A stretch of DNA of 64,000 nt from Eledone cirrhosa (Eukaryota), in assembly GCA_964016885.1 (NCBI GenBank), contig OZ024747.1, forward strand, positions 81,592,001 to 81,656,000. The letters are read 5' to 3'. Position 1 is the stretch's first letter, and each line of letters starts with the position of its first letter. Below the pieces are notes generated by a model that was not told the origin of the DNA, ran no database searches, and saw only the letters and a list, made by a program, of their open reading frames with translations. The position numbers and the translations under genes are program-made. Below, piece by piece: positions 54,076 to 64,000 of the stretch.

Positions 54076-55119
54076 TACAACTCTAAAATATATATGAAGG
54101 GATCCTTTAATGTTGCCAAGGCAATGACAACTTCTCTAGCGCTGATGGCATGACAAAATGCACAAACCCATTTAAGAATAACTCTGGACCAGTTTTGGCA
54201 GATAAAAACTGATTAAGACTGTGTCTAACTGTCCTATATAGTCACTCTCAAAAGAGAACACACACACATATATGTATGTATATATATATAAATTAAAATA
54301 ATAGGGTGCGTATAGGTCCAGGCCCGGGGCCAGGGTGGATGGTATACATATATGTGTGGGTGTGTGTGTGTGCGATTTAATTTATTATTGTTTAGTCAAT
54401 GAGCAAGGTCAATTGCATTTTTCATGACTTCATAGATTGGTGAGAGGACAGGATGAAAGTATCCTCAAACAAGAGACAGAGATGGAGGCTGAATGCTTGC
54501 ATCACAGTGGACAATGTTGAAGACATTCAATGATCTGATGGTGGTGGCGTTAAACTAAATGACACACACACACATATATGTATAAGAATATATGTCTGAT
54601 AACTTTCAGAAACCTGGTACAATGCAGTAGAAATATATGGAGGGCTAAAGATGACAAATAAAACAAAACAAAGTAATATTTTACCCACCATACTTCAACA
54701 TATTTCAACATCGATTGTTTATTTTTGTTTTGAAATGCTTTTTTTTTTTACATTTGAAAATAGGGTGTGAGCCCTGAAATATCATGTGGAAATATACATG
54801 GGTAAAACATTAATTAGTTTCGTTTTATTTGTTATCCTTTTCGCTATATATGGTACCAAAATGAGCACTCGATGCATGGCAGAGTGTATATATTAAGAAA
54901 AATGAAGTTTCGTTTACATGTATTTATCTTTTTTATTGTGTATTGAGCTGTTACGCATGTTTCACAGAGGATTGGCTCAAGATTAGCTATAGAAGTTATG
55001 GACCTGACTCCATTATCAATCTGCTCATATATACATATATATATGTGTGTTTGTGTGTCTGTGTGTGTCTGTGTCTGTGCCTGTGTGTACATGCATACAA
55101 GCAACACAATGTGTCTCTG

Positions 55120-55265
55120 AACAGTTTCCATGTTACAAATACTACTTAGAATGCATTGATTAACTTATAACTAAGGCAGAATACATTTGCCAAAAGTACT
55201 GTACAGTGAAATTGAACAATGGGCCATGTAGTTACAAAGAAAATGTCTTAACCACACAACCATGC
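55120..55265 (-). mobile_element. Old tRNA-derived SINE, degraded
   Basis: Reverse complement resembles 8200-8365 and 28010-28140. Confidence 0.5.
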
Positions 55266-55293
55266 TATCACCTATATGTATAGATTGTATATG

Positions 55294-55346
<53 letters not shown>

Positions 55347-56521
55347 GAGTTGAAGTGGGATGGTGAGAGATATGAAAATCAGCATAGATTGTAGATGAAT
55401 AGATCGAGGATAAAAGGAATTTCAAAGTAATGTATATTATATGGAATAAGAAACCTTATTTCGATTTGTGTATGTGTGTATGTAATATTAAGTGTGCATA
55501 CATCTTCCTTGCTTTCTTCTACTTGCTAATGAAACATAATGAAACAATTTTATTGTCATAAACAAAGCTGGTAATAGCAACAACAATAACAACGATAACA
55601 ACTACTACTAACAACAACAACAATAATAATAATGATGATGATAATAATAATAATAACAATAATCTTATTATAATCAGCAGCAGGAAATTCAATAATGATG
55701 ACAACAATAACAATTTCTTTTACATACAAATTATAGTTGAAATATCAAACCACAGCTCATTATTCACCTTGCAAACCACATCCCTTCCTAAACATCCACT
55801 TACTTTCCTCTCTTTCCTCTCTTTTTCCCTTATCTAACTCCACTTATTCTTCTCAGCTGTTTAAATTTAAATAGGAGTGTGTGTGTGTGTGGACACACAT
55901 ATATATAAACCTCTTATTGCAAAACAGTTATTTCTATGCAATGAAATATTAAAAACAAGGAAACCAAATAATAAATAAATTATGAAAATATATAATAAAA
56001 TAAAATCAAAATTGAAGTAAAATAAAATATAATAAAAGAATGAAAAAAGCAGAGTAAAAAACTTTCTTAGTTTCTCTCCTTATTGTAAAATATGTATCAA
56101 GCAATTAAATTGCTGTGGTTCTGATCAGTACAAGGATTTGCTGATCAGTACAAACTCATGGATCTATTAAACTCATCTTTTCTCTTTTATTTATACTGTT
56201 GTATTTTTATATATATATATGTATGTATGTATGTAATCTGAGATGAATGCTCTACCACTATATATATATATATATATGACTGCTGGGTAAAGAAGTGCCA
56301 AGAAATCCCAGTAGAAGGAAGATGCAGTAGAGTAAGACCATGAAAATCATGGTTGGAGTTGGTGAGAGATGACCAAGGACCGTGATGAATGGAGAGATGC
56401 TGTGCTGAATAGGACCCGTCCCACCCAAAATGATGATGATATGTAGTAAGTATTTTATGTCTCACTCTAGCATAACAGATACATAAATGTAAGTATACAT
56501 ACTTATATATATAAATATATA

Positions 56522-57172
56522 TACAAGGTGGTATAAAATAGTTTCTGGACTAGTTTTGTAGTGTGCGAGCAGATGGAAACACTTGGTTGTGTACACAGTG
56601 AGAGCTAGCAGTGACTTTCATGCACCAGTGTGCTGAGTGACATTGCTGTGTTCACTTCGCAAGTTCTGAAATTTGTGCTTTTGTGATCACATATATGCTG
56701 TAGCCTGCAATTTTGTCATGAACAGGAAGTTTGAACAACAAACATGCTGCTGATGACCCATCCTTCATGTCGAGGATCATCTCTGGTGACAAGTGATGGA
56801 TCTACTAGTATGGCCCTGAAATGAAGCAGCAGTCGACACAGTGGAATAGCCTTTCATCTCCATGACTGAAGAAGGCCCAACAGAGCTGCAGCTCAATTAA
56901 GACCATACTCATTGTTTTTTCAACATCTGTAATATTGTACATTGAGAATTCATCCCCCAGCGCCAGACCGTCTGTCAAAAGATATACTGCAATGTTTTGA
57001 GCCGTTTGTAGGAGGACGTTCAGTGAAAGGGACTGGATCTGTGGAGCACAAAGAATTGGATTCTTCACAATGACAAATCGCTGTCATCGAGCTATCCTCA
57101 CTCATGAGTTTCTCACCAAAAACAAAATTGTACTGCTTCCACACCTACCCTATTCATCAGATTTAGTACCTG
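56522..57172 (+). pseudogene. Mariner transposase pseudogene (internal deletion, multiple stops)
   Basis: FMSRIISGDK*WIY.Y.PE.KQQSTQW, WILHND and LPHLPYSSDLVP correspond to mariner TGDETW, HHDNA and HPPYSPDLAP. Confidence 0.85.
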
Positions 57173-58570
57173 TAGTGATGATAATGATGATGATATAGAC
57201 ATAAATTCTCTCTTCCTAGATTTATAATTACAAAAGTAAGAGCAGATATGGATGGGATGACACCATATATGTAGTAGAGTTGTATTTATTTGAAGGAAGC
57301 TAAATATTGATGGCAATTGTAGCCTGGTGAAATTTATCATTTCCAAAGACTTCATACCCATCAATGGGGTCCTTTTGAGTAGATGTTTAAAGCCAGATGT
57401 CTTTTAGCTTCAACCCTGTTTAGTTGCAGCATATCTATTCTAGAATACCAGTAAAATAGAACTACCAGTAATATAGTATGTTTAGTATAACTAACTATAC
57501 ATTTTGTCAACAGGCTGCCTCTAAACAAGTACTTAAACAGAGTATTCAGTAATATAACATAGTATCAAACAACATATACATATATAAAAGATATGATAGC
57601 TTCATCTCGATTTTGAGTAATGCCATTGCTTGATACTTAAGCATGAGCATCAAGGACATGGCATTTTAAGCATGCTAGGAACTTGCCTATGGCCAGCAAT
57701 GCCATGCATAAAAAAAATCACATATCAAGTGATGCCTGTATAAGAAACTTTTTTAAGTGAGGAAAGGCTTTGCAAGGGGCCAATCCAACTCTCTGAACAT
57801 CGAATGCATTTGCCCAAAATGAAGAACTGGTCTACATCATTGAATGCAAACAAAATCACATATATACATGTATATACAGCAACACTTAAACATATATAAA
57901 CCAACTTTTACAGTCATATGCTGACAAGTTAACAACTACCCATAAAATATAGAAGATATGCAATGGAAATAATTGGGATAACACAGACTTTAACTATAGA
58001 CAACTATATAATTAGAGAGTTATAGGCAATTTGTTTGGGATCTGCACATTTGTCTGTCTTTATGTAAATATATTTGTATATATGTGATATTCTTTTCATT
58101 TTATCTTGATTTGGCTATGTAAGTATGTGTATTGGTTGGCGTTTGGGTGTGGTTCCAAGTGGACTGGACTGAATAAATAGGACAGCAAAATTTATTCATT
58201 CAATTCAAACCATCTAATCAGTTTAAGAGGCAGCTAGCTATAAGAGGAATGGTGTTAGAATGGCGGAGAGAGGTTATGTTGATTGCAAAGGTAGATGGGG
58301 TAAGTTGGTTAATGGACTGGGTGATATCAGGTAAAATAATAACATCAAGTAAGAAAATAAATATCAACAACAGTAATAATAAGAGTGCAACATCACAGAC
58401 AACTACATCAGTACAGGGAAAAGTCAGTCATATATGATGTATACGTTAAATGGTATTAGATTGATGACAGATTGACATATACTCGATTCTGTGTAGATTT
58501 ATGTATTAATGAATAATTGGCTATCTTTTTGATTGATTGCAGACAAAGACAAGTACGTATATGTGTAACA

Positions 58571-60086
<1,516 letters not shown>

Positions 60087-62026
60087 ATAGAGAGAGAGAG
60101 AGAGATCAGAATTTAAATACTAGGACTGCAATCTTTTCCAATGATACATGCTGTTCTAATTCCAGAAATATGAGCATATATGATTGGATTACTCCAGATC
60201 ATTGCAATTTCTTTGTTGATCTGCTGTTGATGTTATTTTGAGTTTTGCTATTTGGTCTGGTAAGTGTCATTGATATATAAAGCTACATCCTATGGCATCT
60301 GATTTTTCTTCCCTTCAATACACCCACACAAAAAGTCCCTTCCTTCACTATACACTTTAATAAATGAATACATAATACACATATATATAAGCATCACGAC
60401 CAATCGTTTAATGTATAATGTTACCAGTTCATGGGTTATGGGTTCATGTACACTTTAAATATTCCAGTACTTATGTATAGGACTTAATAATTCAACTTAC
60501 TTTGCATTTTCTATCTGTCCAGATATGTAGGTGGTTTCAGGAATGTTATCACTGACATATGTATATAAATGTGTACATATATACACATACCTACATTCAG
60601 AAATATGTGTGATGTGTGTGTTATACTGCTACTGCTGGTGATCCATTGTGATCATGACTGCTTTTACAGTTATTTAACTACAACTCTCCAGGTTCGTCAT
60701 TAATGGTTAATGCCTGCCCACTCATCAAGTTTCAATTGTATTTTTTCAGATTCATCTTTATGATTTTTTACATGGGCAGAGTTGTTGAGAGCTGACCTCA
60801 GATCGCTGAAGCTCACAAAGGAGTTGATGCAGGACCATGACAAATGGAGAGGACCCATCCTACCCTTGCAAGAAAGGAAAAGCGGACATAAAATGATGAT
60901 GAATGATGAAGATATATGGTACTAAGATTTTAATTAGGTTATTCTATTCAACCACATAAAATATTAGATATTTTAGTTTTATTTGCCAAACCTACATGGA
61001 AAATATCTTTTAATTATATTTTTTGCCAATTGTGTCACAAAAGCAATGGATTCATGTTGTAATATAAATTATTTCAATGTACATTTAGCCGTTTTATTAT
61101 TAAGCTGATGTTTGGAACATAGATGTTCCTACATAATACTATGATAAAAGTTGTTTAAATAAATATAAATACTTAAAACAAGCAGGTTTGTATCAGAGCA
61201 TTCAAGACAGTTTAGTATCAGAAGGGTTAACGTATCAATAAAAGTTCTTATACTTTATCAAAAATAGATAACTGTTTTGCCATTCCTTACTTGCATATAA
61301 AAATAAATAAAAGTTAATCTTTTTTATAACTCACATAATGTTATATAAAGCTAACATGGCTTTTAACCAATGTTAAATATAGTGAAACAGATAAGAGACA
61401 AATCTCCTTGCACTCCTGACCAACATTTTGAAATAAATCTATTTTGTTATTATAGTTCTACAATTTTTTATAGAAATTAAATACAGAAAAACATTGCAGA
61501 ACACGTGTCCTATAGATTTGTGTTACACATTTGTATCTAAGTTTATTTTACTTTTTCATATGATTTAATTTTCAGATTGTAGTATTAACTTTCTAATCAA
61601 ACTGACACTTCTTCAAAATAAACTCTTTGTGTGTATGTGTGTGTGTATGTGTGAGTTTAGAAACAAGAGAAAGCCAGTACCCAATACAAAAATAGAGAGT
61701 AAACAATTTAGTTGTAGTGCTCAAATCACTCTGTTTCTACTGCAAGTTTCATGGTCAGTGGTATATGCCACAAAACTCTACGGAGCATAAATACAGATAT
61801 AGTTGCCTGATTCATCCACATTATATCACTGAAATAACCTTATAAAAAAAATGAAAGACGTCTGAGCAGAGTTAAATGAAACTCAATAATAGTAATTATT
61901 ACATCTGCCTTAGTAAAGAAAATATTTTGTAAAGGAGTGTTATAATATAATAAAAATGCTGTACCATCATCCCAGTAAGAACCAAGATCCAATATTAGTG
62001 TATTATTGACACATTTTCTGTTAACT

Positions 62027-62302
62027 TATCATCATCATCATCATCATTATCATTATTTAACATCCATTTTCCATGTTAGCATAGGTTAGACAGGTTGTCC
62101 TGTTTTAGGCAAGTTAGGTTAAGTGACCATGTCTTGCTCATACAGAACCACTTCTGGCTTGGTTTCTACCGCTGGATGCCCTTCGTAATGCCAACCACAT
62201 TTATAGTGTGTGCTGGGTGCTTTTTGTCGTGACTCCTACACAACTACTTTGCAGTGTGGGGTGGGTGCTTTTTGCCATGACACCTACATGACCACTTTAC
62301 AG
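62027..62302 (-). mobile_element. RTE LINE 3' UTR fragment (older subfamily A-like)
   Basis: catcat tail; aligns with 2575-2840. Confidence 0.8.
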
Positions 62303-63330
62303 AATATTAAAGGTGAAGTCTGACTGAAAGGATAAATAAGTGGTGTTGTTGTTGTAGTTTTTTTTTGGGGGGGGGGGGGGGGATTCTTCACAACCAAACT
62401 GGATAAATAGATATTCTTTTACCATCTAAATTTCTAAAGCTGTTGGTGGTCTTAATACTAATCTGATTAGATGCCCCATTACTTTTGATGAGCAAACAAA
62501 ATGCTGTAATATATGAGCAAACAAAATGCTCTATATATCTAAAATTTCAATATGCATGTGTGTAAGCTCAGCTATATATTAACTAGTTACTACCTCAATA
62601 AAAATAGGATGAAAAGAAGATTTGTTCATAAGATCAGATCAAGCAAACTATAATTTTATTAATCTTTCCAATGATGATACTATTTGCCAATCTAAATCAT
62701 TCTATAAAACAGAAAGATAGGGTGTAGGGGCCAACAACAACAAACTTTGTTTGTTACTGAATATATAATATACTTCTGTGTTCTAATATATCGAAGCTAA
62801 CTAGTTAGTTACAAACATTTTGGTGCCAAGGAAAAATTCTTCTGAAATGCTGGAGACATGAAAACAAGACCTTTTGAACCTAAAAGTTACTTCATTAGTG
62901 CTTGTAATGTCCAAATTATGTTTAGAAATATGCAAGACATGCATAATCACCAAATGTACACACTTCAGATTTTCTGTTTGAATGAATACAGTTAGATACA
63001 AAATATAGTGTACAACAAGGAAAACAAATATAGAGCAATGACAATGTTGATAGGAGAAAATCTCAATGAACATTTTCTTCTGAAAAGATCAACATACAAA
63101 ATACATAATGTGTAAAATTAGGTATAAAATGCAAACAAATGCTAAATTAATTAATAAGGGAATTTAGCTATGTTTCTTTTTTTTTTTTGGGGGGGGGGGG
63201 GGGGGGGATATCATTATAAAAGAAAATATTAGTAAATTACTGTATTGAGATGCCCTTCACATGCATTAGAGTAACTGATAACTAAATTTTATTTATTAGG
63301 AATTTAATTAGTATTAATATCGATACCTAT

Positions 63331-63621
63331 ACCTACACCTCTCCAAGACAATGTCACTGGACCGAGAGCTTTGGCGCTACACAGTTATACAGAAGACCCG
63401 CCTTGCCTAAGTACAAAGCGAAACCACCCCCATCCCACTACCCCCACCCCATCCACACTGTAAACGTGGTTGGTGTTGGGAAGGGCATCCAGCCGTAGAA
63501 AACCCGCCAGACAGTCCTAAACGAGCAGGACAACCAATCTTGCCTCAGGTGGGAAAACTCCCGTCGAAACCCATGCAAGCGTGGAATATGGACGTTAAAC
63601 GATGATGATGATGATGATGAT
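63331..63621 (+). mobile_element. RTE subfamily B 3' end with internal 3' UTR deletions
   Basis: LHLSKTMSLDR..., shortened UTR and (GAT)n tail. Confidence 0.88.
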
Positions 63622-63816
63622 CTATATGCTTTGCTTTTTAGCTAAGTGTTAGACCTGGCATACTTACTTTCACTCTAACAACCTTCCTTGATTCTCAAAT
63701 GCTGAAATTACTTTCTTACCCCCATTAGAGATAGTTGTACAATACAAACAACCAATTTTTAGGATTGTTTGATTTGATACTTCTGCCTTTTTTGTTTTGA
63801 CTGCATGCCCATATAT

Positions 63817-64000
63817 GGACTTAATAAGTTCAGCTAGATTCCCGCCGTTCTAATACTGCTGGCTCAGTTCAGACCTAGCTGTTGAAAGGCTTGAGCTCAG
63901 CCGTCGGGGTCCTGACTATTTTCCTACTACCCACTCTACTACACCAAGTATCGAGTACTCTGGTGTGTTATAGTCCGCCTGGTTTCTTACACACTTTCTT
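63817..64000 (+). mobile_element. Hammerhead-associated (Penelope-like) repeat, runs off the window
   Basis: ggac..cagctag[loop]ctagctg-ttGAAA-ggct..agcc-GTC-ggggtcc, then GTATCGAGTACTC inside an acacca/tggtgt hairpin. Confidence 0.55.

Noticed and set aside
54410-54800. Possible second mariner fragment
   Set aside because: Only vague HTH/TIR resemblance and no catalytic motifs
55519-55713. Hydrophobic 64-aa ORF resembling a membrane peptide
   Set aside because: Translation of (AAC)/(AAT)/(GAT) trinucleotide repeats

Overview
AT-rich eukaryotic (metazoan) genomic DNA with many microsatellites. The repeat content (tRNA-derived SINEs, RTE LINEs with (ATG)n tails, very long TA/CA tracts) points to an octopus or other cephalopod; this is an inference. 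Most long ORFs in the track are microsatellite artefacts or antisense frames of LINEs. The only clear host coding sequence is a symmetric phase-1 Sushi/CCP exon on the minus strand (27288-27485), with a candidate signal-peptide exon just upstream. The rest is transposon-derived: two young RTE LINE subfamilies, all 5'-truncated, whose RT carries an in-frame C4HC3 PHD-like finger; older RTE/BovB, Tx1/L1 and mariner fossils; several SINE families with swapped tails; and pogo-, hAT- and piggyBac-like MITEs. The most interesting signal is a set of three sequence-unrelated palindromic insertions in TA-rich sites. Each carries hammerhead-ribozyme-like cores (CUGANGA...GAAA...NUH) in its arms and a one-sided tail with a conserved (T/G)TYGAGTRC motif. 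Further hammerhead-like remnants occur elsewhere, which suggests a diverse family of non-coding Penelope-like/retrozyme-like elements. Boundaries of degraded repeats are approximate.
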